Notes under the pieces: generated by a model
What the model saw: only the letters and a program-made list of their open reading frames with translations
The model's database searches: none
Told to the model about the DNA's origin: nothing
Source: Podarcis bocagei
Taxonomy: Eukaryota
Assembly: GCA_964188305.1 (NCBI GenBank)
Contig: OZ076901.1
Direction: 5' to 3' (one strand)
Length of the DNA stretch: 64,000 bases
Program-made: the position numbers and the translations under genes
Shown: positions 27,103 to 39,782 of the stretch, piece after piece
How the letters are laid out: the number at the start of each line of letters is the position of its first letter
Numbering within the stretch: position 1 is the stretch's first letter

Positions 27103-27378
27103 TGATAATATGTTTGAGAGGAAACATAAATATATTGTAGTAAACATGCTAAAACTTAAACCCATAAGCCTTTGTTTGTGTCATTAACATTTCCCTTTTT
27201 CATTCAAGTAAGCCGGTATTTAGATTACACTGAAACTTGCTAAAATGTCATCACAATTAGTCCCTCTGAAATTTTCTTTGCATCAGATATCTCCAAATAG
27301 TTAATAATTGGTGCTTGGAACTTCCTTTAGTTTTTGAAGATATAATGAGGTTTCTGTTTTTCTCTCCAAATGTGCTAG

Positions 27379-27531
27379 GTATGCTACAGGCGCAATGGGC
27401 ACAATGAAATGGATGAGCCAATGTTCACCCAGCCATTGATGTACAAGCAGATCCGAAAGCAGAAGCCAGTGCTACAGAAATATGCTGAGACTCTAGTTTC
27501 ACAAGGAGTGGTAAATCAGCCAGAGTATGAG
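27379..27531 (+). CDS. OGDH: OGDH exon (153 nt)
   Basis: gctag|..|gtaca; [24 protein letters not shown]. Confidence 0.97.
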
Positions 27532-29145
27532 GTACACTCATCTATGTCTTCACAGTCAATCTGGAGCTACTGACCCATTTTAACCTCTTAGAGATGTTGT
27601 ATAATCTTACTTTAATGACTAAGCGGAAGGACGCTCAACTGAGGTCAAAGAAGTGCAAACTAAAATTTACTTTAGCATATATGGCAAGATCATCTGTCAC
27701 CATCTCAAGCTGAATACAGAAGGTTGTAACAGCGTTTTAAAAAAAGAACTAGGAAAAGAATCTAGTATAAATGAAATATAAAGAAGTTGAAGAAGCATTC
27801 TGATAAATGGGGAGGATGAAGCTCTGAACAAAATATCAGAGAGGTTTAAGTATGATGCGTGGTTACGCTTCAGAACAACAAAACTCTTTTAAAAATGCTG
27901 GTTCCATCTTGCTAATGCTATTGCCATTTCTTGGCCCAGAATTTCTCCTCCGCTCTAGTCCTATAAATATTACACTAAAGCTTAGAACGGTTTTCTGTCA
28001 TCAGTCTAAAACCACGTTTATTGTGTCATGTCTAACAGTTAACTGTCGTGGAGAGGAGTTTCAGAGCCTGTTGTCATTCTGTAACTAATCAAAACAATAC
28101 AGAATGATACATATTTAAGATAAGTTGTAATTATATTTCTTCATGTTGCCAGGTGATAGGCTTCCATTTATTTGCAGACTAAAAATACAAGTTGGTGACT
28201 CAAATGGTGGTAAACAAGGGGAGTGGGGGGAAATCACTATCCACAGACCCACCAATATACCATGCAGAAGGAGAGTTAGGATTTATTAGAAGCACACATA
28301 ACCTGTATGATTAGAGGGGCCAGGATTGAAATACCCAATGGTGTGCATCATCCAGCCACAATCTCCCCACCCCATCTAGCACTATTTAAGCTGTTATGGG
28401 TTCTGCACTCTTGGCAGATTCTGATGGGGTTAATTTGGATTGGAGAAAATAGTTTTCACTCTCACCCCACATTACACCTTTAAGATGCAAACAGGGCAGA
28501 TCTGAAGATACCTGAAGATCTTGCAGATGGGGTAGAAACATTAGATAATTCCATAACTCACCCCAACCCAAAATTATGCCTTACTTGTAGCAGATCGTGT
28601 GATTTTCTTTCAGCCTGCCACCCCATGGACAGATAACTTGTGTCTGTTCACCACCCTCATGCCACCCGAGTTCCATGGCAGCATATGGACAATGTCTTCC
28701 AACTTCGGGGCCTATTCCTTTTTTAAAAAGGAGGTGTCTCTTGGGTATACATTCTCTGCCAGCTGTGTTATTTTCTACGTTGCCTTTTTATGACCATATT
28801 GATTGTAGTAGGACAATGCCCTTTTGTGTTGGAAGGAAATATAGTAAATAAGTCAACATCAGTCAACTGATGAGCAGCTTGAAATTCCATATCACATGGT
28901 TTTGCTGCTATTGTTTTCTGGTAGTCTTCCTTTTGTTCACTAGTTTTCATGCATTGGCATTTTCCTATAAAGGAAAAGCAGTATCTTAATATTTTTTAAG
29001 AATAAAATAAATAAATAATAATGGAACAGAATGCAGAGATAATAGAATGCTTCCTGAACTCTCTTTACTTAGAATGAACTGATGCCAATTTTTCAGTTTA
29101 GGCTCACCCTTCTAACTCTTATGTTGTGTTGGTTATGCATTTCAG

Positions 29146-29248
29146 GAGGAAATTTCCAAGTATGATAAGATCTGTGAAGAGGCCCTTGCCAGGTCCAAGG
29201 ATGAGAAAATCCTTCACATCAAGCATTGGCTAGATTCTCCGTGGCCTG
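29146..29248 (+). CDS. OGDH: OGDH exon (103 nt)
   Basis: ttcag|..|gtagg; [20 protein letters not shown]. Confidence 0.97.
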
Positions 29249-29669
29249 GTAGGCGCTGGCTGCTTCCTAATAACTTTTGTTAAAAGGTAGTTCTGCTGCC
29301 AGGGGATTACACATGCAGCTCCTGGCGCTAAAAAGAGATACTTGCCCCACGCTCCAAGTACTGAAATCCCATATAAAAACTGTAGGAAGATGTGAGCATT
29401 ACACACTTAGTAAACAAAATGCACAGACAGTAAAGAGAGGGGCACTTTATGAGCAAGTTTTGTCCTTTCTGCAGATGCTCTGGCAAGGAATATTTTGTTC
29501 AGTGTTTAGCTCAGGATGGTTTCTTTGCCAAGTTTCTTCTTCTCAAAGGGAGAAAGGCAATGAAAGGGCCACTTTTACATAGTTTAGTGTTTCAGAAACT
29601 AGATCTTCCTCCACTGTTCTATGAATGGGAGGCTCATCGCATTAAATGTGCTCTCCTTTACTTCCCCAG

Positions 29670-29798
29670 GTTTCTTCACTCTGGATGGCCAGCCCAGAAG
29701 CATGACTTGCCCTTCCACTGGTCTCAATGAAGAAGATTTGGCCCATATAGGAAAGGTGGCCAGCTCAGTGCCTGTTGAAAACTTCACAATTCATGGTG
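29670..29798 (+). CDS. OGDH: OGDH exon (129 nt)
   Basis: cccag|..|gtatg; [24 protein letters not shown]. Confidence 0.97.
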
Positions 29799-30584
29799 GT
29801 ATGACTTTCCACATTGATAGCCATTAATTTCTCAGGGTTCATTTTTAATGTAGTGAAGGCTGCACGAGAAAAGGCAACACTGGGCTTCTTTTACCATTCC
29901 ATTGCGCTTTAGTTGGTATGGTGGACTCTTAGGTACACGGTGAGCCAGTCAGTGTGGGAATGCTGTGGATAAACCACCTACTCATGAAGGGGTTTCAGTG
30001 AAGTGATGTTCTTGTATGGGGAGACTCACATATAATCTGAGCACTTGGGAGAGGGGGACACCGTGGCGCTTGTGCTCTTGCCCAGCACATACTGAGCATG
30101 CCTCACAGTGGGCTCAGTACTAGTCATGTCTGCAGGGGTCCGTGAGGACCATATGCTTACAACATCCTTTGCAAATTTCTTCAGTCACTTTCAGGTATAT
30201 GTTCAGCAACTGATGAACGTTCATCTATTTCTGTTCTTCGTTTACTTTGAACGTTTAGGAATTCTCCATTATAATATGTCCCAGTCCACTATAGATTTGC
30301 TTTAGTGGAAGGAGATCTTGCTTCAAAACAGAACCCTTCAACTTGGCTCCTTCACCACTTTTTCTTTTGCACCTTTATATTATAATGTTTTTCATGTTTT
30401 CACCCCATGTTCTCTGGAGCAGCAGTATTTCAAGGTATTTTGGGTGCTGAGTTCAAGCACGAATGTGAACAGTGCTGTCGTAGAGTCATCCATAGAGTTA
30501 AGGCTGTACTCTGGAGTCAATCATTGTAGTTTTTTCAAGGCAGGCTGAAAACGTTTTCTTCTCTCTCTCTCTCTCTCTCTCCAG

Positions 30585-30735
30585 GTTTGAGCAGAATTCT
30601 AAAAACACGTGGAGAATTGGTTAATAATAGAACTGTAGACTGGGCATTAGCAGAGTACATGGCATTCGGCTCTCTCCTTAAAGAGGGAATCCACATCCGA
30701 CTGAGCGGGCAGGATGTTGAGAGAGGGACATTCAG
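30585..30735 (+). CDS. OGDH: OGDH exon (151 nt)
   Basis: tccag|..|gtaaa; [37 protein letters not shown]. Confidence 0.97.
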
Positions 30736-31011
30736 GTAAAGTGCTTGCCTAAAAAAGAATGCATTCCTAAGGGGGGTTACATTACATCTCAAAGTGTCAT
30801 TGTACCTAGCAGCAGGTCACAATAATGAGTTCTAAAACTTTTCCAGCTGCAAATCAAACACCTTAACCAGAGCAATGTACATCTACTAAAGCTGTATAGT
30901 TAGGTGTACCTAACTCCATGTTAGGATTGGACTGCATCTGTGCTTGCTTTAATGCCTCACCTGGTCACTCTAACCAGTTAAATTGCAGAGCTTTCTTTTT
31001 TTCCTCTTCAG

Positions 31012-31139
31012 CCATCGACACCATGTCTTGCATGATCAAAATGTTGACAAGAGAACCTGTATTCCCATGAACCACCTGTGGCCAAACCAAGCTCCATATA
31101 CAGTCTGCAATAGCTCCCTCTCGGAGTATGGAGTGCTAG
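31012..31139 (+). CDS. OGDH: OGDH exon (128 nt)
   Basis: ttcag|..|gtaag; [19 protein letters not shown]. Confidence 0.97.
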
Positions 31140-31257
31140 GTAAGTACATATCATGGCTCCTTGCAGAAATCGAGGGTAAGTTAATTTGGTACTATTTGAG
31201 TCTCTCACTCATAAGGTTCCAGAAAAGCATATTGTTTTTTAATCTGTGTCATTGCAG

Positions 31258-31436
31258 GATTTGAGCTGGGCTTTGCTATGGCCAGCCCCAACGCTTTAGT
31301 GGTGTGGGAAGCCCAGTTTGGTGACTTCCACAATACAGCTCAGTGTATTATTGATCAATTCATCTGCTCTGGACAGGCCAAATGGGTGAGACAAAATGGC
31401 ATCGTACTGCTGCTGCCCCATGGCATGGAGGGCATG
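31258..31436 (+). CDS. OGDH: OGDH exon (179 nt)
   Basis: tgcag|..|gtaag; [34 protein letters not shown]. Confidence 0.97.
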
Positions 31437-31558
31437 GTAAGAAAACATTATTGTTGCTAAACAGTATTTTGCCTATCTTAGATTTAGATTTTAGATAGGC
31501 GTAGCGCATGCAATGGCCTCATAGAAAAAGCTCCTCTGAGAATAGGAAGGCAGTAGAC

Positions 31559-31694
31559 CAGGCATCCCCAACCTGCGGCCCTCCAGATGTTTTGGCCTGC
31601 AACTCCCATGATCCCTAGCTAACAGGACCAGTGGTCAGGGATGATGAGAATTGTAGTCCAAAACATCTGGAGGGCTGAAGGTTGGGGGTGCCTG
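31559..31694. mobile_element. Palindromic hAT MITE
   Basis: caggcatccccaacct...aggttgggggtgcctg; perfect TSD cagtagac. Confidence 0.9.
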
Positions 31695-31784
31695 CAGTAG
31701 ACCCTGATAATTATGTTGCAGGTTATGAAACAATGTAGCATAGCCTCTTCCATTGTAAGTTTATGCATGACTAAATATGAAGTA

Positions 31785-32141
31785 GGGTCGCGGGTGGCGC
31801 TATGGGTTAAACCACAGAGCCTAAGGCTTGCCGATCAGAAGGTCGGCGGTTCGAATCCCCATGACAGGGTGAGCTCCCGTTGCTCAGTCCCAGCTCCTGC
31901 CAACCTAGCAGTTCGAAAGCACATCAGAGTGCAAGTAGATAAATAGGTACCGCTCCGGCGGGAAGGTAAACGGCGTTTCCGTGCGCTGCTCTGGTTCACC
32001 AGAAGCAGCTTAGTCATGCTGGCCACATGACCCGGAAGCTGTACGCCGGCTCCCTCGGCCAATAAAGCGAGATGAGTGCCACAACCCCAGAGTCGGTCAC
32101 GACTGGACCTAATGGTCAGGGGTCCCTTTACCTTTACCTTT
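31785..32141 (+). mobile_element. Sauria SINE, full length
   Basis: A/B boxes (ggtggcgc..gg; ggttcgaatcc), ACCTTT tail, TSD taaa(t/g)atgaagta. Confidence 0.93.
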
Positions 32142-32414
32142 TAAAGATGAAGTATTAGTAGTAATAGAGCCTGGTGTTCTGAATGCCATATAAAGTCTGA
32201 ATCAGATAGTAAGCCAAAGCCTTTGGCTGCTCTGTTCCTTTTGCACAACAATGAAATTGGGACACAATCAGAACCTTAGGATTAAATTATGGAACAAAGT
32301 CTTATCCCCCCCCTTAATATTGGCTACTGCTGGTGCCTAAACTGCTTCAGTCAGTATACAGTTTAGCCAATTAAGTTTTAATCCAAATCCTTGAAAGTCC
32401 TTGTGTTTTTGCAG

Positions 32415-32486
32415 GGCCCTGAGCACTCTTCCGCCAGACCAGAGAGGTTTCTGCAGATGTGCAATGACGATCCAGATGTCTTCCCG
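32415..32486 (+). CDS. OGDH: OGDH exon (72 nt)
   Basis: tgcag|..|gtgag; [24 protein letters not shown]. Confidence 0.97.
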
Positions 32487-32871
32487 GTGAGTTAAATCTG
32501 TGAGAGTACTTCCTGCTCCTTCCTTTTGTGCTTAAGTACACTCTAGTCCCTATTTCTTGAGAGTATCAAGAAGTGGTTCCAGAAAGGACTTCTTAATGTA
32601 ACATGTGAAATGGCGGCCTTGTGCGTCTTGGTCCTCAGCCATGAATGAGGTTATGTCCTTGAAGCCTCTGTGCATCTCAGTGCTGTGTTACTCCTACCTG
32701 GGTATTAAAAGTCATACTTGATCCTCCACTAGCAATCAAAGTATGTGACAGAAAGAGTATATTGTACAATTGATTTTATTATAGCCGTGTTTTGGCTGTT
32801 TGGCTATTTGTTGATGCCTGCAGCATTTCCCAGCCACTAACTATGGCTCTTGTATTTTTTTCCTCCTGAAG

Positions 32872-32994
32872 AAACTAGATGACTTTGATGTGCGCCAGCT
32901 GTACGACTGCAATTGGATTGTAGTGAACTGCTCCACACCAGCAAACTTTTTCCATGTTGTGCGGAGGCAGATTCTTCTCCCCTTTCGGAAGCCG
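32872..32994 (+). CDS. OGDH: OGDH exon (123 nt)
   Basis: ctgaag|..|gtcag; [33 protein letters not shown]. Confidence 0.94.
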
Positions 32995-33752
32995 GTCAGT
33001 ATGTAGAATGACTTCCTCACTTCAGAAGGAACATGTGCTTTCTCCTCCCCCCAAGTCCAGCACACAAGTAGGATGATGAAATGACTTGGGAACCTGTAGA
33101 GCCTTTTTGTTCCCCTGGCATTCTCTTATCAATGCATCAAGGAAAGACAGAAGCCTTGCAGTATGAGAGAGCTGGAACCACTACCCTGGAACCAGAAATA
33201 AGTTAGAAGTGGTCTGGCAAGCCAACCAATCCTTGATGAATTCTGATTATCCAGAAAGTGTTTTTCCTTAGTATTTTTACGGCACCCAATTCCATGGAAG
33301 CTCTGTTTCTGATTTCTTAAATGAATGCCTTTGGACAGAGTGTATTATTTTGGTTCTCCTTCAAACTGCATAACTTTGCCGCTCTTCAGTGATAACTATT
33401 TGTGCACCTCCTGCCCATTCATTACTTAGAAAGGCTTTCAAGAGTCATTGCTGATGGAAAAAGGCTAGTTTGGGTCAAATCCAGCTGTCACGCCAATAGA
33501 GTGAAGCTTCAGAGCCTTGCTGGATCAGACCAAAGATGGATCTATTTTATTTTTCATAAAACTGCATAAAAACCTTCTGTTTCCTGAGCTGTCCCAAGTG
33601 TTTTGCCGTCCCCAGAAGTTGATCTGCATGATCCGTTATGTTTCAGGATCTCCTGCAGTATCACAGTGAGTGCAAATGTGACACAGTTGTGCTCACTCAC
33701 AAGACATCAACACTGGTATTTTTTTTCTTTGCAATAGTGTAAGGAACACTGA

Positions 33753-34102
33753 GGGACGCGGGTGGTGCTGTGGGTTAAACCACAGAGCCTAGGACTTGCC
33801 AATCAGAAGGTTGGCAGTTCGGATCCCCGCGACAGGGTGAGCTCCCAATGCTCGGTCCCTGCTCCTGCCAACCTAGCAGTTCGAAAGCACATCAAAGTGC
33901 AAGTAGATAAATAGGTACCGCCCCGGCGGGAAGGTAAACGGCGTTTCCGTGCGCTGCTCTGGTTTGCCAGAAGCGGCTTAGTCATGCTGGCCACATGACC
34001 CGGAAGCTGTATGCCGGCTCCCTCGGCCAGTAAAGCGAGATGAGTGCCGCAACCCCAGAGTCGGCCACGACTGGTCCTAATGGTCAGAGGTCCCTTTACC
34101 TT
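33753..34102 (+). mobile_element. Sauria SINE, full length
   Basis: Same consensus as 31785; perfect 13-bp TSD taaggaacactga. Confidence 0.95.
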
Positions 34103-34665
34103 TAAGGAACACTGAATACTCAAAACACAATACCACTTCATTGGCACGCACAAAAGTAATACTAAGTGGGCAATTAAATCTTCAGTCAAATCAGCCTTCT
34201 GTGTATCCCATTTGTGTTGCTGTTCTCTGGGCCAGCAGTGGCAGATCTGGTGCCACTCCCATCATCCCTGCCCATGTTAGTTGGGGCTTTATGGGAGTTC
34301 AGAGTCTAGCAATGTCTGGAGGTTCACAGATTCTTCCCTAAGTCATTCTGTGTGTATGATTCAGTTCATTATGGCAAAACAATTATGACTCAATAAGGCA
34401 GAATTACAAGCATGAAAATGGATATTTTCCTGGTAATTATCATCATCTTGGTGTGTGTTAGACATGTCTGGGTAGACAGTGCTTTCCTAGTAGACTTTGG
34501 GTCACATTGTTACTGCTTCAAAACATCTGTGTTTGACTGACTTCAGATTATAGGGCTTTTTTACTCCTGAATGTAAGTATAATAATTCAGTACTTAATTC
34601 AGGAAGTGTTTCCATCCCATACTGGCTGTAACCCTGGAATCATTTTCTTTTCTTTCCTGTCTTAG

Positions 34666-34738
34666 CTGATAGTCTTCACTCCAAAGTCCCTGTTGCGTCA
34701 CCCTGAAGCTCGCTCCAGCTTTGATGAAATGTTGCCAG
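34666..34738 (+). CDS. OGDH: OGDH exon (73 nt)
   Basis: cttag|..|gtacg; [24 protein letters not shown]. Confidence 0.97.
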
Positions 34739-35838
34739 GTACGGCAGGCTTGGGACTGGGTTCAGGGAGGAATTTCTTCCCTTGTATTCCACTGCCAGGC
34801 AGATGATAATGTGACTTGGTAGTCAGGTGAGGAAACAGTAGCCTTGACTTGGGACAGCTGTGCCCTGCAGAAAAACCTGGTCCTTTTTTTTGTGTGGCCA
34901 CGAAAAGCACATTTGCTGACTAGGTTTTAGCTGGATACCTGCTCCCACACTTCCCATCTCCTGTTCTCTTCATCTGGTAGGTAGAAATATAGCCAGACAG
35001 AGCAGATTCCTAGAAAGGTTGATTTGGGAGACCACTGTAGGCATTTGCTTAATCTCATTTCTAATTCAGCTTGCTAGCAGAATACAGGAGAACTTCACAT
35101 TCAGCACTTTAAATACTGCAGCAGTGTTCCACATTAATAGTTCAGTAGCGCAGTTCTCTGGTTTATGCCCTGAGAGTGTCAAGACCCAGTCAAAGGGGCC
35201 TCTAACTAAGTCTTTAAATTTGGCATTCTCCAGGTTTCCAGTGCAGAGTAGCAGTTGCCTCCTGGCAATCAGGATTAGCAAAATACAACACAGTGCTGCA
35301 TCAGTTGCTTTGTCTTTTTTCCCTAGAGGGTCATAATACCCCACAATGATGTTGATCTTTCTCAAGTCTTCTGCATGCTCAGGGACAGATTTCATTTTAT
35401 TTATTAAATTTGTATACCACCCTTCATCCATAGATCTCAGGACAGTTCACAGCATAATAATACAAGATCAAAATACATAATCAAAACAAAAACAAAAAAA
35501 CCCCACCTTTTCCCCACCCCATATGTGATCACCATAAATAAAATCATGCTCTTGAAGCTACTATATAGCTATTGCTTGCCTCAGACCTGGGAGCTTTGGA
35601 ACTCAGGTCTAAGGGAACCAGCTTGCTGGCTTTGCTGCTGCTGTGGTACGCAGCGTCTTTGCAAGGCAGTGCCTTGCCTTGCTTCTGACTTGCTTCAAGT
35701 CCCTGTGAAGAGAACCATGCATAAGAACCAGTTCTCCACTGCTGTTTAACTCTAAAATAGGAACTCAAAGGTTCAAGATGGGCAGCTGGGAACCAAAATT
35801 TCCTTAAGCAGCATTTGCATAGCTTTCTTGGTTCTACA

Positions 35839-36186
35839 AGGGACGCGGGTGGCGCTGTGGGTTAAACCACAGAGCCTAGGACTTGTCAATCAGAAGGTCA
35901 ACGGTTTGAATCCCCGCAACAGGGTGAGCTCCCGTTGCTCAGTCCCTGCTCCTGCCAACCTAGCAGTTTGAAAGCACGTCAAAGTGCAAGTAGATAAATA
36001 GGTATCGCTCCAGCAGGAAGGTAAATGGTGTTTCCGTGCGCTGCTCTGGTTCGCCAGAAGCGGCTTAGTCATGCTGGCCACATGACCCGGAAGCTGTACG
36101 CCGGCTCCCTTGGCCAATAAAGCAAGATGAGCGCTGCAACCGCAGAGTCGTCTGTGACTGGACCTAATGGTCAGAGGTCCCTTTAC
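35839..36186 (+). mobile_element. Sauria SINE, full length
   Basis: Same consensus; 12-bp TSD cttggttctaca. Confidence 0.95.
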
Positions 36187-36498
36187 CTTGGTTCTACATT
36201 AATCATATTTATTTGGCTCAGTTTTGTCCATGTAAACACTGTGTCTAAATAAACGTTTTGTGTCTGACAGGGCTAATTGTTAACTGATCTGTAACTAACC
36301 CTAAGCTTGTTCAACTGAAACAGCATTTTCTTTTCCTGTTTACCCCTGCCTCCTTTTTCTGTTTTCCCTGTGTTGAACTTTCAGATTGTAAGCTCTCTAG
36401 AGCAAGGGACCTATCCCCTTGTGGTCTGTAAAGCACCAGACTTGCTGATGGGACTATATAAATAAGGTTGTTATTTAAAAAACACTTCTCCTTTGCAG

Positions 36499-36662
36499 GG
36501 ACTCATTTCCAGCGTGTCATCCCAGAAAACGGTCCTGCTGCGCAGAATCCAGAGGGGGTGAAGCGAGTTCTCTTCTGCACTGGTAAAATCTACTATGAGC
36601 TCACCCGAGAGCGCAAGACTCGGAAGATGGAAGCAGACGTGGCGATCACAAGGGTGGAGCAG
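36499..36662 (+). CDS. OGDH: OGDH exon (164 nt)
   Basis: tgcag|..|gtagg; [27 protein letters not shown]. Confidence 0.97.
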
Positions 36663-36839
36663 GTAGGGGGGTGCCGGAATTATTTCTGTTGCTTAAAATT
36701 GTCAGTGTGAGTCTGCCGTGTGACCTTCTGAGGTCTGAAATGAAGTATTTTAGGTTCTCTCTTTAAACTGAAAGGCATTTTAGGAGGAGGCTGAATTTTA
36801 AATTGATTCTCCCAAACCTCTTGGCTTGATAGCCTATTC

Positions 36840-37172
36840 CAGGGGTCTGCAACCCGCGGCTCCGGAGCCGCATGTGGCTCTTTTACATCTTTGCTGCGGC
36901 TCCGGGGCAGATACTAGCGAGGGGAGGAGGCGCATTGTGCTCCCGAACACTCCTCACTGTGGCGGGCGCTGTACTGGCTGTGACGTCGCATGGAGCGGTG
37001 TGTGCGTTAGTCACGCACCGTCCCGACGTCACCTTCCCGCCCGCTCTCAGATCGTGGCTCCGGAGATATATTTGTTTTAAATGTCGCAATGGTTTTGCGG
37101 CTCCCAGTTGTTGTTTTTTCTTCGGAAACGGGTCCAAGTGGCTCTTTTTGTGTTAAAGGTTGCAGACCCCTG
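36840..37172. mobile_element. Non-autonomous hAT element
   Basis: TIRs caggggtctgcaacc / ggttgcagacccctg; TSD gccta(t/g)tc. Confidence 0.9.
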
Positions 37173-37772
37173 GCCTAGTCTAACCTTCCAAGCACTGCTC
37201 TGGAGGCAGTAAAGCCCCTCCAGGGGACACATTTTAGTACTTCAGTTGAGCCCTACAGACTAAAGTTCTGAAGTGGAGCATTTATTGTTCAAGCATGCTG
37301 CAGACATATAACAAGGAGCTCATTCTAGAAACAGACTCTTAATGGTGTTGAGCAGCAATTTGCAGAATACTTAAGAGATTCAGGTCAGCTGAGTTTCCTA
37401 TAGTGGACACCTCCATTAAGCCCTGGGGGTTTGTTCCCTCCCCACCTGATCTATGAACAAGGGCCAAAGTAAATATTCTTGCAATCTGCCTTTACTTTCA
37501 GGGAAAAGTGGTTTGTGCCCATGTCATACAGTTGTAGCGACATTTGCATTTGGCCTCAAGAGTGACCTCAAACTTCACATAGTATAATGTTTCTGGGATT
37601 AAGAAGTATATTCTGGACTCCAAAAGCTTTTTACTAAAAGAAAAAGGCTGCACGCAACCTGTTTCTTACTGCATGGAACTAACAAATAAAGACTGTTGTT
37701 TTCCCCACCACAATTTGTCTGTTGCTGGGTGGTCACAGTCCTTGTGAACTATAAACTTTCTGTTGTTTGTAG

Positions 37773-37927
37773 CTGTCGCCATTCCCATTTGATCTCCTGC
37801 TGAAGGAATTCCATAAATACCCAAATGCAGACCTTGTTTGGTGTCAAGAAGAGCACAAAAACCAAGGATACTATGATTACGTGAAGCCCAGACTCCGCAC
37901 AACCATCGACCGGGCAAAGCCAGTGTG
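37773..37927 (+). CDS. OGDH: OGDH exon (155 nt)
   Basis: tgtag|..|gtaag; [24 protein letters not shown]. Confidence 0.97.
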
Positions 37928-38709
37928 GTAAGGACCGCCTTCTGACAGTCAGGTGCCAGATCAGTGGGTGGAGGCCAAGCTTCACATATTTACTCTGGAG
38001 GTAGATGCAGTTGTGGCGGTCATTCCTTCCACTCATTCTTCTTGGATGGTAGGGGAGTGGAACGAAACGTCAAGCTGAGCTAGCGAGTGACAGTGTCAGT
38101 TGGAAAACGACTATTGAAAGGCTGTGAGAGACAGAGGGACTGAGATGTGACAAAAATTATTTATGTATTCAATTTGTACACTCCTTCTTTCGGAGATTGC
38201 AGGGTGCTTTGCAAAAGAAAATTGCAAAACGAGAACACAAAACGTGTAACAGAAACAGACAAGCAAGGAAACCAATAAACCCATATAAAAGATTACATAC
38301 TGTTAAAAGCCAAAGGGCTGGTTATAATAGAGGAATGTTTGTTTACCTTCTTTCTTTTTTTTTCAGTTATTAATCCCACTTTCCAAGGCAGCTTACAAGT
38401 AACATAAATCTGCATATTTTGAGAACACAAACACATTAACATATTAAAAAATCACCAAGATCCTTCCCACAGAACAGAGTAGTAGTTGGTGATAGATCAC
38501 TTTGGAAGTGGTACTGCAGGCTGGGAAAGAGTATGTAAAATTGGGATAAGTGTCATGAAAATTAGGACAGTTGTTTTAAGCTGGGAAATTGGTATACCGT
38601 GACCATCTATTTTGTTCGTTATGGTACTTAAATGAATGTTTTAACTGTCTCTGGTGTGGGTGGGTTCCAAGATAAACGTCTCTCCCTCCACATGCCTGGT
38701 TTGGATATA

Positions 38710-38940
38710 CAGTGGTACCTCGGGTTACATCTTCAGGTTACATACGCTTCAGGTTACACACTCCGCTAACCTAGAAATAGTGCTTCAGGTTAAGAACTTT
38801 GCTTCAGGATAAGAACATAAATCGGGCTCTGGCGGCAGCGGGAGGCCCCATTAGCTAAAGTGGTGCTTCAGGTTAAGAACAGTTTCAGGTTAAGTACGGA
38901 CCTCCGGAACGAATTAAGTACTTAAGCTGAGGGACCACTG
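38710..38940. mobile_element. Tigger/pogo-like MITE
   Basis: TA|cagtggtacctcgg...gagggaccactg|TA. Confidence 0.88.
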
Positions 38941-39661
38941 TACTAAAGTAAGAACACCGAAAGAGCAGCAAGTATTTTAAGGGAGGCCTGGACTCAACCA
39001 TCTGGGAACAGGCCTTGTTTAGGGAACCCTGGGAATGTCACAGCACTGAGCTCCATATGTGGGCTTACATAACTGGACATAGTGCTGGGAACTGAAGGGT
39101 ATTGCCCCAGTTGCTGGTTGTGGGGTACTTGAGCTGCACTGGGCACATAAATGACCTAAGTTGGAGGACCTTTCTGACCCATCAAGCCAAATTCCTTATC
39201 CGCCCTCACCAGTTACATTGGGTAACTGATAGCTGAACAATCCTGCCCACCTATCGGAATTTGCCTATGGTGGGGGGAGAAGGGGGAACACGCTGGTGAA
39301 GCAGCATCGAGCAGGACTGAACCACGCCCATTAGCTCCCATCACTCCAGTGATGTCAATTGATTGACAGGTCTGCAGGCTGGAGTTTCCCGTGGAAACCT
39401 TGTTTTAGCAAGAAAACTGGGGGAAGAGGGCAAAGAAGGTGTGGGGCAACCACTGCCAAAGAACACAGAAAACAAAAAACCCGCACGTGACTTTGTGGTA
39501 GCTGACCCAGGGGCAGAAGAGCACAGGGCTGCAGGGCCCAAAGTACATCCCTGGTCTTGAACTCTGCCAGTCCCATATAGGGCCAGTGTGACTGCAGATG
39601 AGCAGTTAAAGGACACCAGCTACAAATTGCCATCTTTCTATTTCTCCTTTCCACATGCTAG

Positions 39662-39782
39662 GTATGCTGGACGTGAACCTGCTGCCGCACCAGCCACAGG
39701 CAACAAAAAGAACCACCTGACTGAGCTGCAGCGCTTTTTGGACACTGCCTTCAACCTCGACTCTTTCAAGGGCTTGTCTTAA
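39662..39782 (+). CDS. OGDH: OGDH last coding exon to stop
   Basis: gctag|G TAT..; [29 protein letters not shown]; TAA 39780-39782. Confidence 0.97.
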
